Below are positions 1 through 12,560 of a stretch of DNA of 64,000 bases, piece by piece. Numbering within the stretch: the first letter of the stretch is position 1; each line of letters opens with the position of its first letter. Source of the stretch: Chiloscyllium plagiosum (taxonomy: Eukaryota); the NCBI RefSeq assembly GCF_004010195.1, contig NC_057752.1, positions 4,291,626 to 4,355,625 of the forward strand, given 5' to 3'. The position numbers and the translations under genes are program-made. The notes under the pieces were generated by a model. It was not told where the DNA came from. It ran no database searches and saw nothing but the letters and a program-made list of their open reading frames with translations.

Positions 1-1192
1 ACTCAGGCAGCCATTTTCTATTTGGAAAATGTTGAGCCAATCACAGTGAATCAGTTTTACCCACCAAGCTTGGGCCTGAGCCTTTTACTACACTCAGTGG
101 GAACTGAACCAACTGCTTCTCATAAGAGACCGGAACAGAAACTGTACCATTTATCTGGTATAGGTTCTCAGTCTAGCCGAGGTCTTATGCAAACTTAAGG
201 GTTGGAGTCCAGACTGAATCTTGTTGAAGACTGGTTTCACAAACCCTGATACAGCCACGCTGGTATCAACCTCTATTAGAACTGGGTGACCATTTAACCA
301 GGTGTGTATTTTGATTGGTTCTGATTTGGATGTTGCTAAGCAATGTAACTGTTCCAAACCAGATGTAGATGGATTTTCCAGGGTGTGCACTCTCCTGGTT
401 ACCAGCCTATTAGTTCTCTTACTCCATTTAGATCTCATGGGACTCTCTTGCTGTTTCGAGTCCACATACTGGCAGTAACTACAATGGTTTGTCGGCCTGG
501 ATCCTGAAGAAAACTTTTACCGTTTGGCCGAGGCTTGGCTTTATTTTGGGGCTTTGCTGTGGGCTGGCCTAGAGCCCCTCTGTTCAGGATATATCCTGAG
601 TGAGGCTACACAATTGCCTTCACTCAAGTGGCATTCCCCAAGTTCAGTCAGTGTGGCGAGGGTGCCCACCTCCATCGGAATAGCCTATAACTCATATACT
701 CCACTTGCTGCATGTTCTAAAGCCAGTTTGAAGTCCAGATGGGCTTCAGCTAGTAGGTGCTTTTGCATGGTTACATCATTAATACCACATACCAAACGGT
801 CTCTCAGCATCTCGTTCAGGGTTAAACCAAAGTCACATGCCTCTGCCAGGCATCTTAACTTGGTCAAAAATCCACAACACAGATTCCCCCGGTTCTCGAA
901 CTGCTGAGTAAAACTGATAGTGTCTCAAAATTACAGGAGGCCTGGGGTTGTAATATTCCTTAACTAAATCTGTCAACCCTTGAAAGGTGTTTGTATCTGG
1001 TGCCTCAGGGAAAGTTAGGCTCTGAACAAGTGATAAAGCTATGGGTTCCTCAAGTTGTCGGGAGAATTACTCGTTACTTTTCAATCTGCCTCAATGTCAT
1101 TTGCCCAGAAAGAAATAACACATTCTTTCCACGCAGTGGGTCCAGTCACTGATAGCAGGATCGAATGAGCCAAGTTTCCCAAGTAATAACAT
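1..1192 (-). mobile_element. Gypsy/Ty3 LTR retrotransposon internal relic (gag and aspartic protease), frameshifted
   Basis: Gag start MLLLGKLGSFDPAISDWTHCVERM (ATG at 1192), LAEACDFGLTLNEMLRDRLVCGIND, protease-like LNGHPVLIEVDTSVAVS. Confidence 0.85.
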
Positions 1193-1411
1193 GATGTCAG
1201 AAATGTTTACCCCAACTCAAAGATGACTGTTGCGAGTGATTTTCTTCAGGAGTGTATTTTCTTCTCTTGTCGCTGCAGAAATAACTCTATAGTGGCCTAT
1301 GTCCCGTCACCAAGTTCCCCTTTATTTACACGTGGAGAGTCTTCGACACTGATCCAGCTCCCTCAGAGTCAGCTTTCAGAGTGAGCAGAGCCTCTGACAC
1401 TCCTGTTTTAT

Positions 1412-4069
1412 TTTTCTTTTTTTTTAAGGATGTCTGATCCTCCTTTTTATTTGCCTTTTGTGTGTGTGTGCAGGTATGAGACACAGTGAAAGACACAAGG
1501 TGTACAAATCGTTATTCAATTTCCACCATCAGGGAGAAAGGAAACACCCGAGTGGCCAGTGACAAGCAGTGCCCTTCACATCAAAGGGCAATGCTGTCTG
1601 ATCAAAACAGTGAAGGGGAGGGTAGGGATCAAATCAACATAGAATTGGACGGGGAAATAATACACTCCACTCCCTGCGGTGCCCACCTCTCCCTGAACAA
1701 CTCCAGGGTGTTGGTCGACACCGCGTGCTCCTTCTCCAAGGACACCCGGGCTCTAACGTAACCGCGGAAGAGGGGCAGGCAGTCGGCCCTAACGACCCCC
1801 TCCACGGCCCGCTGCCTCGACCTGTTTATGGCCAGTTTGGCCAGACCCACGAGGAGGTCCTCAGACCTGCCCTCCCTCTTCCGTACCGGAGCTGAAGTGC
1901 AAGCAAAAGCAGAGAAGAAGGTTTTTAAGAAAGTCAAAAAGGGAGTGCAAACATCCATATCCCACATATACATGGTCCACAGACTCCACAGCGCCACACA
2001 ACAAGCAGTTGGGCTGGGAGTCCGTGAACCACCGCAATCTGCGGTTGCAGGGGACTGCTGCGTGCAGCACCCTCCACCCCAGATCCCCGAGAGAAAGGGG
2101 GAGGACTCCCGCGTAGAGAGCCCTCCATTGGGGATTCCCACCCCCCAATACTTTCCTGTTTGTTTTCCAGCACCCATGGTGTGTGTGTGTGCAGGTGTGA
2201 GACACAGTGAGAGACACAAAGTGCACGAATCTTTATTCAATTTCCACCACCAGGAAGATAGGAAAACACCCGGGTGGCCAGTGACAAACACTGCCCTTCA
2301 CATCAAAGGGCAATGCTGTGTGATCAAAACAGTGAGGGGGAGGGTAGGGACTAAATCAAAATAGAATTGGAGGGAGAAATAATGCACTCCACTCCCTGCG
2401 GCGCCCACACACCTGTTTATATATTTTTTTATTTTTGTCAGCAAGCCCCCACCCCTCCCACCTTCCAACCTCTAAGGAAGCCCGCCCCTACCCACCTTCC
2501 AGTTCTCGGTCCACCCCATGCCCCTTCCAGTTAATTCCCTGTTTATTTTTTTTTGTGCAGGTGTGAGACACAGTGAAAGACACAAAGTGACATTCCTGTT
2601 TAAATATTTTTTTTTCCAAATTCCACCACCAGGAAGATAGGAAAAACACCCGGGTGGCCAGTGACAAACACTGCCATTCACAGCAAGGGACAGTGCTGTG
2701 TGATCAAAACAGTGAAGGGGAGGGTAGGGACTAAATCAAAATAGAATTGGAGGGAGAAATGATGAACTCCACTCCCTGCGGCGCCCACCTCTCCCAGAAC
2801 AACTCCAGGGTGTTGGTGGACACCATGTGCTCCTTCTCCAAGGACACCCGGGCTCTAACGTAACCGCGGAAGAGGGGCAGGCAGTCGGCCCCCACGACCC
2901 CCTCCACGGCCCGCTGCCTGGAACTGTTGATGGCCAGTTTGGCCAGGCCCAGGAGCAGACCCACGAGGAGGTCTTCAGACCTGCCCTCCTTCCACCGTAC
3001 CGGGTGCCCAAAGANNNNNNNNNNNNNNNNNNNNNNNNNNNNNNNNNNNNNNNNNNNNNNNNNNNNNNNNNNNNNNNNNNNNNNNNNNNNNNNNNNNNNN
3101 NNNNNNNNNNNNNNNNNNNNNNNNNNNNNNNNNNNNNNNNNNNNNNNNNNNNNNNNNNNNNNNNNNNNNNNNNNNNNNNNNNNNNNNNNNNNNNNNNNNN
3201 NNNNNNNNNNNNNNNNNNNNNNNNNNNNNNNNNNNNNNNNNNNNNNNNNNNNNNNNNNNNNNNNNNNNNNNNNNNNNNNNNNNNNNNNNNNNNNNNNNNN
3301 NNNNNNNNNNNNNNNNNNNNNNNNNNNNNNNNNNNNNNNNNNNNNNNNNNNNNNNNNNNNNNNNNNNNNNNNNNNNNNNNNNNNNNNNNNNNNNNNNNNN
3401 NNNNNNNNNNNNNNNNNNNNNNNNNNNNNNNNNNNNNNNNNNNNNNNNNNNNNNNNNNNNNNNNNNNNNNNNNNNNNNNNNNNNNNNNNNNNNNNNNNNN
3501 NNNNNNNNNNNNNNNNNNNNNNNNNNNNNNNNNNNNNNNNNNNNNNNNNNNNNNNNNNNNNNNNNNNNNNNNNNNNNNNNNNNNNNNNNNNNNNNNNNNN
3601 NNNNNNNNNNNNNNNNNNNNNNNNNNNNNNNNNNNNNNNNNNNNNNNNNNNNNNNNNNNNNNNNNNNNNNNNNNNNNNNNNNNNNNNNNNNNNNNNNNNN
3701 NNNNNNNNNNNNNNNNNNNNNNNNNNNNNNNNNNNNNNNNNNNNNNNNNNNNNNNNNNNNNNNNNNNNNNNNNNNNNNNNNNNNNNNNNNNNNNNNNNNN
3801 NNNNNNNNNNNNNNNNNNNNNNNNNNNNNNNNNNNNNNNNNNNNNNNNNNNNNNNNNNNNNNNNNNNNNNNNNNNNNNNNNNNNNNNNNNNNNNNNNNNN
3901 NNNNNNNNNNNNNNNNNNNNNNNNNNNNNNNGGAGTCCGTGAACCACCGCAATCTGCAGTTGCAGGGGACCGCTGCGTGCAGCACCCTCCACCCCAGATC
4001 CCCGAGAGAAAGGGGGAGGACTCCCGCACAGAGAGCCCTCCACTGGGGATCCCCACCGCCCGGTACTTT
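1412..4069 (-). mobile_element. Tandem stack of 5'-truncated Tx1-clade non-LTR retrotransposon 3' fragments (contains N gap)
   Basis: ORF2 C-terminal zinc-finger region LGDLGWRVLHAAVPCNRRL...CLLCGAVESVDHVY...LLVGLAKLAINRSR; the same 3' UTR repeats at ~1460, ~2180 and ~2555; A-rich tails. Confidence 0.8.
3015..3931. other. Assembly gap (N run)
   Basis: Run of N. Confidence 1.
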
Positions 4070-5214
4070 CCTGTTTATAGCTGTCAGCCAGAGCTCCCTG
4101 ATTGGACCAGGTTAACAGCCCCAATCAGGGAACTCAGATTCTGACTGACCTCATTACAATCAGTACAATCACCTTCAAAAAACAGAGTTCTGCCAAAGAC
4201 ATCCCAAGGCACTTCATGTGCAGTCACTTGTTGTTATGTTGTCAAACACAACAGCCATTTTCCACATAGCTTGTGCCCCGCTTACAACCAGACAGTTGTG
4301 GCAGACATCACAACAATATTCACCAGGTCACTGGGCAAACTCACCTCTAGTCTTCAGATAACACTCTGAGATTCCTGAGAATGTGAGAACCGGGAGGTGA
4401 GGTAGACCATTCCAGTCCCTCAAGCCTGTTCTGTCTTCCAATATGATCACGGGTCAATCTCCATCTCAGAGTTCCATTTCCCCTCCGGCTAACCTGTATC
4501 CCTTGAGTCACTGAGAAAAAAATCTGAATTTCTGAATTCAAAAATGGGTCTATCCCACTGTTACGATCCCAGCTGATGCTCTTACCAGGCAAATCAGATC
4601 CCAGACTAATGCTTAACAGTTTATATCGTGTTTATTTCTGTTTAAAAAGGTGGCTTTTCACTGAAATACGAGCGTGCAATGTTGCAGATTTGATTTCAAC
4701 AATAAAACCAAAGTTTATTACACAAAGGAAGCAAAGATACCATAGAATAAAATGAGCTATTTATATAAAACACAAGTGGAAAGATTTTGAAAGTTTATTA
4801 TTCCACCTATCCCATTTATCTTTACAGCACACCAACACTAGAGACTCTTTTCTTCTCTATCACATCTATAGGGGTCGACAACTACCTGTTTCCAATTTCT
4901 GGTCTTGACAGTCTAATAGCTTCTTACTTGAGTAGTCACACAACTGTTTCAAATAACCCCTTCAGGGTTCAAAACAAATTTCTGGTCTGGAACTTTCAAA
5001 CTAAGCTCGTTACACTGAGGTAATCTTTTTCTTCCTCCTTCTAAACTATCGCCCTTCTTTTGAAGAAACTGTTCAGCCTATCCACCAGGGCATCTGCAAA
5101 CTGAAACCAAAAGGTTTTCCAAGCTATGGGTGTTTTCCAGAAGCAACAGAAAAAATTCTGGATCCAAAAACCTCAAACTCTTCAATGTTTACTTTGTCCA
5201 CTTGTAACTATTTG

Positions 5215-6380
5215 AGCATAAAAACAAGGAGCAAAAGGAGGCCACTCGGCCTGTTGTACCATTCTATAAGATCGCGGCTGATCTGATTTTAACCTCATCT
5301 CTACATTCCTGCCTATCCCCTGATAATCTTTCATCCCCCTTGGTCATCAAGAATCTATCTCCCTCTGCCTTAAACACATTGAAAGATTCTGCATCCACTG
5401 CTTTTTGAGGAAGGGAATTCCAAAGACTCTCATCCCTCAGAGACAAAAAAATGTTTCCTCAAATCTGTCTTAAATGGACGACCCCTTATTTCTAAATAAT
5501 GACCCCTCGTTTTCCCTGGAGCATCGGAGGCTGAGGGGGTGACCTTATAGAGGTTTATAAAATCATGAGGAGCATGGATAGGGTAAATAGACAAAGTTTT
5601 TTTCCCTGGGGTGGGGGAGTCCAGAACTAGAGGGCATAGGTTTAGGATGAGAGGCAAAAGATTTAAATGGGACCTAAGGGGCAACTTTTTCACGCAGAGG
5701 GTGGTGCATGTATGGAATGAGCTGCCAGAGGATGTGGTGGAGGCTGATACAATTACAGTATTTAAAAGGCGTCGGGATGGGTACATGAATAGGAAGGGTT
5801 TGGAGGGATATGGGCCAAGTGCTGGCAGGTGGGACTAGATTACATTAGGATATCTGGTCAGCATGGACAAGTTGGACCGAAGGGTCTGTTTCCGTGCTGT
5901 ACATCTCTACGACTGTATGACTCTAGTTCTAGATTTGCCCACAAGAATTTGAATTCATTCTAATTAATTCCAATGAGTAATTCACCCCCATCCTTTTCGC
6001 ATCCACCCGGTCGTCCCCCTCAGGATTTTATATGTTTCAATTAATTCATCTCTGACTCCTTGAAACTCCAGAGGATACAGGCCCAGCCTGTCCAGCCTTT
6101 CCTCACAGGTAATTCGTTCATTTTGGGTACAAACCACCCACTGGAACCTCTTGATCTGCCACAAAAGTTACATAGTGTCATAGAGTCATACAGCATGGAA
6201 ACCGACCCTTCGCTCGAACCAGTCTTCAAAGAACTCCGATAAATTATTTAAACATGTTATCTCTTTGACAAAACCAAGTTGGTTCTGCCTGATTGCAGAA
6301 CTTATCCAAGTGTCCTGTTATAATGTCTCTGATAATAGCTTCCAACATTTTCCCTATGACAGATGTTAAGCTAACAGGCC
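5215..6380. mobile_element. Older CR1 3' fragment (-) with a nested younger CR1/HER1 3' fragment (+, ~5508-5925)
   Basis: SLWNSLPQKAVDAESFNVFKAE on -; SRTRGHRF...FFTQRVVHVWNELPEDVVEA on +. Confidence 0.8.
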
Positions 6381-6856
6381 ATCTCAGCTCTCCCAAAGCA
6401 AACAGATTCTCATTCGTACCCCAGAAACCATTTCTCTAATATATTTTTCTTAAAACATTGCCTCAGAAAGCTTGATAAGTTAATCACTAAACTCCTTAAT
6501 ACGTACAGATGAAATTGCACATGCCACTAGTTAAAAGTCCAAATTCTAACATAAATTGTATTAAAATATAGATAAATCACATACCTTACATCACCCACCC
6601 TTAAATATATTCAATGATGAAGCATCTGCAATTCTCTAGGGTAAAAAAATCCAAACATTCACACCTTTCTGAATCAAAAAAGATACTTTCATCTCAGTCC
6701 TACCTGATCACCTCCTTACTTTAATGCTGTGGCCTTGTGTTCTAGGTTCCATCCCAGTATTTACCCTGTCAAGCCCCTTCAGAATCTAAACTCCTTGCAT
6801 GTGTCAATGTGACCACCTCTCGTTCTGCTAAGCGCCAGAGAATATCGAGACACTTA

Positions 6857-7208
6857 AGGCGAGGCAATGGTATTATCGCGGGACTGTTAATCCAGAGACC
6901 CAGCTAATGTTCCGGAGATCCGGGCTTGAATCCCACCACGGCAGATGGTGGAATGGTGGAATTTGAATTGAATAAATATCTGGGATTAAGACTCTCATGA
7001 TAACCATGAATGCATTGTCAATTGTGAGGAACACTCCATCTAGTTCACCAATGTCCTTCAGGGAAGGAAGCTGCTGTCCTTACCTGGTCTGGCCTACATG
7101 TGACTCCTGACCCACAGCAATGTGGTTGACTCTTAACTGCCCTGTGGGATGGGTAAGACATGCTGGCCTAGCCAGTGACACCCTCACCTTGTGAATGAAT
7201 AAAAGAAG
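6857..7208 (+). mobile_element. tRNA-derived SINE (family distinct from HE1)
   Basis: tRNA-like head with B-box-like GGCTTGAATCCC, 3' tail ...ccagtgacaccctcaccttgtgaatgaataaaa; related copy at ~28425-29100 (-). Confidence 0.6.
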
Positions 7209-7499
7209 AATTTGCTTAGTCTCTCATCATGGGACATCATCACAAGGTGCCAATCTGGTGAAAGTGTGTAGGACTGCCTGTCAGATAAGTTCATCCAAAA
7301 CTAAACATCGCAGAAATGTGAAATCAAAATAATCTCCTGGTCATGACCATTCACCTCTTGGTCTCACAATCACCTCTGATCTCAAATGGAATGACCACAG
7401 CCTTCCCATTGCTTAAGGTCCCTCCAAGGAGCTCAGTTATTCCTTTTGTATAAAACACTTCACTCTCCCCTCAGCAATTCATAACTTTATGGTCAGTGC

Positions 7500-7740
7500 C
7501 CGTCCAAATCTCAGTCCTTCTCCTTCTTAGGCAGTCTCTTGGGATTGAGAAAGGCTTGCTGCAACCAGTTTTGATGGGTACGTCCAAGCTGAAGGCACTG
7601 CCACATGTCGGGCAGCTGGTACTTGGAGGGTCAGGGAGCTGGGTTGTTTGGAAGTTTCTGTGCTTCTTCCAACAGCAGGATATTGCCTCTGCCCTTCCAC
7701 TATGAAGTCTATATGATGTCCAATGCCTTCCCAAGTGACC
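7500..7740 (-). mobile_element. Probable RTE-type LINE 3' fragment
   Basis: CPTCG zinc-finger remnant followed by GAA-rich tail (ccttctccttcttaggcagtctc on +). Confidence 0.45.
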
Positions 7741-8149
7741 CTTCCTGATTTAGGGTTGGAGTGATGAAAGGTGTGTGATTTATCAATATTAATATCTCTT
7801 TTTAGAGATTGGACTTCAAATCATGCTAGTTTATTTTTGTGAAGGGTTTAAAACTTACTTATGTCAGTCAGTCTTTCTCGAACCATGTTCCATACATCAG
7901 AGAGCAGGTAACTGCTGTCCCCCTGAAGTGTTAATGGAAGATTGCTCATAAGGAGAAGCAAGCATTGAGGGCCATTAGTTTGTTTTGGTTTGGGATAACC
8001 AAGGGTTGATTTCACCTACGCAACCCCAGAGACTGGAAGTTTTTGAGCAGTTATTGGAGGAGACAGGACTGGTCTCAGAAGCTAGTATAATTTCTCTTCT
8101 AGAAAAACATGTGAACAAACCAAACTAGTCCCGCTTGTTTTCTGAGATT

Positions 8150-9300
8150 ACAAAGGGATCTTGATCAAACGGGACAATGGGCTGAAAATGGCAGCTGGAG
8201 CTCAATCGAGAGAAATGCGAGGTATTGCCTTTTGGTTCAACAAACAGGGGCAGGACTTATACAATAAATTATAGGGCCATGGGTAAGTGTTGTAGGACAG
8301 AGGGACCTCAGGGTGCAGGTACATAATTGCTTGAAGTTTGCATCACATATGGACAGGGTGGTTAGTAATGCATTTGGCATGCTTGCCTTTGTTACTCTTC
8401 CCATTGAGTGCAGGCGTTGGTATGTTATGTTGAGGCTATACAGGAGTTTGGTGAGGCCTCCTTTTTTTCATAAAGTCCCTAGTGTGGAAGCCCATCAGCC
8501 CATTCAGCCCATCAAGTCCACACGGACCCTTCAAAGAGCATCCCACCTCCTTACCCTATCCCTGTAACCCTGCATTTCCCATGGCTGACCCACTTAGCCT
8601 GCACACAATGGGCAAAATAGCATGGTCAATCCACCTTAACCTGCACATCTTTGGACTGTGGGAGGAAACCCACACAGACGTGGGGAGAATATGCCAACTC
8701 CACTACCTGAGGCTGGAATCAAAGCTGGTTCCTGGTGCTGTGAGGCAGCAGTGCTAACCACTGAGCCCTCTCTTCTGGAGTACTGCGTCCAGTTCTGGTC
8801 ACCCAGTCATATGAAGAATATTATTAACCTGGAGAGGGCTCAGGATGTTGCCGGGTATGGAAGGTTTGAGTTATAAAGAGAGGCTGGATAGGCTGTGAAT
8901 TTTTTCAATGAAGCAAAGGAGGTTGAGAGGCAACCTGATAGAAGTTTATAAAATACTGAGTGGTAAAGTTAGAGTTAATGGTCGGTGTCTTTTCCCTAGG
9001 ATGGGGGATTTCAAGACTAGGGGGCACATTTTTAAGGTGATAGGAGAGAGATTTAAAAAAGACATGAGGGGCAGTGTTTTTACACAGAGGGTGGTTCACG
9101 GGTGGAATGAACTTCCTGAGGAAGTGATGGATGTGGGTACAGTTACAATGTTTAAAAGACCTTTGGATGAGTACATGAACAGGAAAGGTTTGGAGGGACA
9201 TGGGCCAGGAGCAGGCAGCTGGGACTAGTTTAGTTTGGGATTATGAGTCGGCATAGGCTGGATGGACCGAAGGGTCTGTTTCCGTGCTATGTGACTCTAT
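8150..9300 (+). mobile_element. CR1/HER1 LINE 3' fragment with nested HE1 SINE (-, ~8465-8770)
   Basis: YVMLRLYRSLVRP...LEYCVQFWSP...RRLRGNLIEVYKI...[12 protein letters not shown] interrupts the LVRP/LLEY junction. Confidence 0.85.
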
Positions 9301-10424
9301 AACAGTGGTCCAATATGGGACCAGTACATTCCTTTCCAAGTATTACTGTTTTCTTGTTACTGGTATTTACCTCTAGCAGGTAGGAGAGTTCAGAGAAGCT
9401 CAGTTACAGTGGTGTAAAGGTTTAGCATGTGAGACCTTCCAGACGAGTATGATTGGTTAAGAATCTGCAGATATTTGACAGCTCAGGAAAAAAGACCTCA
9501 CAGTTCACAAAAAAGAACTGGGAAGCATCATTTGAGTTGAACTTAAAAGTTTTGCGTTCAAGGGGCAAGCTGTCAGGATTTGATGCTGTCGGGTGATCGT
9601 GTCAGGAAGTGAGTGGTGCTTTGCCTTCTTATGAGCTTTAACGATCTTTCAATTGGCGTTCTACATTGAGATAGCTTGTTTGCTTTTCTTTCATGTAATA
9701 AACATCTGCTTTACTGTTAAAGAAAATCTGCAGCTTTGTGCACTGAGGAGTCCAGAACAGATTCAAAGTCGAAGGACGTGGGGTAGGACTGAGGTGAGGA
9801 GAGAGGTCTTCACCAAGAGGGTGGGGAGCCTGTGGAATTCTTTACTAGAGGAACCAGTTGAGGCCAAACCATTGAATGTTTTCGAGAAGGAGTGAGATAT
9901 AGCTCTTAGTGTTAAAGGGATCGAAGACTATGGGGGAGAAAACAGGAACAGGAAACTGAGATGCATGATCAGCCATGATCCAAATGGCCGACTCCTGCTC
10001 CCGTGTTTGTGTGTGTCTATAAGCATTGAAACAAGGTGGCGTACCCATTCATATCTGCACCTGTCATTTAGGTCCAACTGTCTTAAGGCTGCTTCAATAT
10101 AGCAGCTTTCTTTTCAATATCTTTCAACTCCATCCACTGCAACTGTAGCCACGGAACACAGCAACGTTCCCATGGCAACATCGCCTTAGCTTGAGTTAAA
10201 CACTCCTTCCTTTTGTGGAGTGAGGGTAAAAGTAAATGAAGAGACAATTTTGAAGTCTCGTCCTTAGGAATAAACAGGTTCACCGGAGTGATACCTGGGA
10301 TTGAAGGGCGTGTCTTCTGAGGAAACATACGACATTCTGTGAGGGTTGGCAGGGTGGATGCTGTGAGGTTGGTTTTTCATTTGAGGGGGGATTCCCCAAC
10401 AAGGGGGGTCACAATTTCTATGTA

Positions 10425-10730
10425 GGGAGGCACAGTGCACAATGGTTAGCACTGCTGCCTCACAGCACCAGGGACTCAGGCTCGATTCCAGCCTCGGGCG
10501 ACTGTCTGTGTGGAGTTTGGACATTCTCCCCGTGTCTGCGTGGGTTTCCTCTGGGTGCTCCAGTTTCCTCCCACAATCCAAAGATGTGCAGGTTAGGTGA
10601 ATTGGCCATGCTAAATTGCCCATAGTGTTTGATGCATTACTCAGAGGGAAATGGGTGTAGGTGGGTTACTCTTTGGAGGGTCGGTGTGGACTTGTTGGGC
10701 TGAAGGGCCTACACAGTAGGGAATCTAATC
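10425..10730 (+). mobile_element. HE1-type V-SINE
   Basis: tRNA head tggttagcactgctgcctcacagc, V core tgtgtggagttt...gggtttcctc, CR1-like tail. Confidence 0.85.
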
Positions 10731-11151
10731 CAAGGGAGTCTCCCAGTCAAGGCAGAGATGAGGAAGATTTTATGTAACTCAGAGGATCACTAGAGTTTAG
10801 AATTCTCTTGCCCAAGTTGGTCAGTAAACACACGCAAGACTCAGTTTGATCATCTGGGGAGTCGAGGATTATTGATGGCAGACAGGAAAGTGGAGTAATG
10901 GCCACACTGAGAGCTCACTAAATGAAACAGCAGGTTCAACGGGATCCTAAAGGCAAAAATGGGTCAGCAGCAAATCCTGGCCTTGCCTGTGATACTCACT
11001 TCCAATGAAAAAGAAAATGCCCCAGGTAAACATCATTAATAATAGCTCATAACTGGGACTCAATTTGTGATGATGGCACATGGAGTGGAGTGGCTCAACT
11101 TGGCTGTGATGGTGAGTTAGCTTTAAATGAGTCTCCCCCACCCAAACGTAC

Positions 11152-11690
11152 AGTCAGAGAGCTGTACTGCACGGAAACAGACTCTTCGGTCCAACTCGTC
11201 CATGCTGACCAGATATCCCAACCTAATCTAGTCCCACTTGCTAGTACTTGGCCCATATCCCTCTGAACCCTTCCTATTCATATTCCCATCCAGATGCCTT
11301 TTAAATATTGTAATTGTACCAGCCTCCACCACTTCCTCTGGAAGCTCATTCCATGCACGTACCACCCTCTGTGTGAAAAAAGTTACCTCTTAGGTCCCTT
11401 TTCCCTTTCCCCTCTCACCTTTAACCTATGCCCTCTAGTTCTGGACTCTGCTACTTTGGGAAAAAGCCATTCATTCACCCGATTTATATCCCTTGTGGTT
11501 CTATAATGTCACCCCTCAGCCTCCGACGTTCCAGGGAAAATAGTCCCATTCTATTCAGGCTCTCCCGATAGCTCAAACCTTCCAACCCTGGCAACATCCT
11601 TCCAAACCTTTTCAGAACTCTTTCAAGTTTCACAACATTCTTCCAATGGGAAGGAAACCAGAATTGAACACAGTATTCCAAAAGTGGCTA
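11152..11690 (-). mobile_element. CR1/HER1 3' fragment
   Basis: EYCVQFWFPSHWKNVVKLERVLKRFGRMLPGLEGLSYRESL plus characteristic 3' UTR. Confidence 0.85.
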
Positions 11691-11914
11691 TTGAACTGAA
11701 CTAAGAAAGTCTCTGTTCCTTCCTCTATCATGTGTTTATCTAGCTTCCCCTCAAATACATCAGTGTGGCTTGCCTCAACCACTCATTGCAGCAGTGATTT
11801 CCACCGCCTATGTACCTTGATGACACAGTCTCAAACTAGGCTGCCAGACGTATGATACAGTCTGGCGAGGGAAATGTAACTTTATTTTTAACATAGACTG
11901 TGTATGAGCTCCAA

Positions 11915-12560
11915 AGAATTCCTACAGTGGGGAAGCAAGCCATTCAACCCATCAAGTCCACACTGCCCCACCAAAGAGCATCCCACCGAAACCCACTCCC
12001 GAGCCTATAACCCAACATTTCCCATGGCTAACCCACCGAGCCTTCATATCCCTAACACTATGGGCAATTCAGCATGGCCAATCCACTCTAACCTGCACAT
12101 CCCTGGGCACGATGGGACAATTTAGCATGGCCAATCCACTCTAACCTGCACATCCCTGGGCACTATGGGGCAATTCAGCTTGGCCAATCCACCCTAACCT
12201 GCACATGCCTGGGCACTATGGGGCAATTCAGCATGGCCAATCCACCCTAACCTGCACATCCCTGGGCACTATGGGACAATTTAGCATGGCCAATCCACCC
12301 TAACCTAAACATCCCTGGACACTGTGGGACAATTTAGCATGGCCACTCCACCCTAACCTGCACATCCCTGGGCACTATGGGACAATTTAGCATGGCCAAT
12401 CCACCCTAACCTGCACGTCTTTGACTGTGAGAGGATACCCACTCAGACATGGGGAGAATGTGCAAACTGCACACAAACAGTCATCCGAGGCTGGAATTGA
12501 ACCGAGGTCCCCAAGGTTGTGAGGTAGCAGTGCTAACCACTGAGCCACCATGCCACCCAA
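11915..12560 (-). mobile_element. HE1 SINE with internal tandem expansion
   Basis: HE1 head at ~12560, tail at ~11915. Confidence 0.85.
12055..12420. repeat. 53-bp minisatellite, about 7 copies, inside an HE1 SINE
   Basis: agc(a/t)tggcc recurs at 12071, 12124, 12177, 12230, 12283, 12336, 12389. Confidence 0.95.

Larger units (their letters stand above)
1278..4167 (-). mobile_element. Gypsy 5' LTR split into two parts (4167-4070 and ~1410-1278) by nested insertions
   Basis: Minus strand reads TGTACTG...CCAATCAGGG...TATAAACAGG|insertions|AGTGTCAGAG...AATAAAGGGG...GAGTTATTTC, then a degenerate PBS-like tgcagcgac and the gag start. Confidence 0.7.

Noticed and set aside
2731..4144. Long ORFs of 336-462 aa in the ORF track
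   Set aside because: Artefacts of translating through the N gap; the flanks are Tx1 fragments.
12055..12420. Regularly spaced repeats resembling a CRISPR array
   Set aside because: No unique spacers; it is a head-to-tail minisatellite in a vertebrate SINE.
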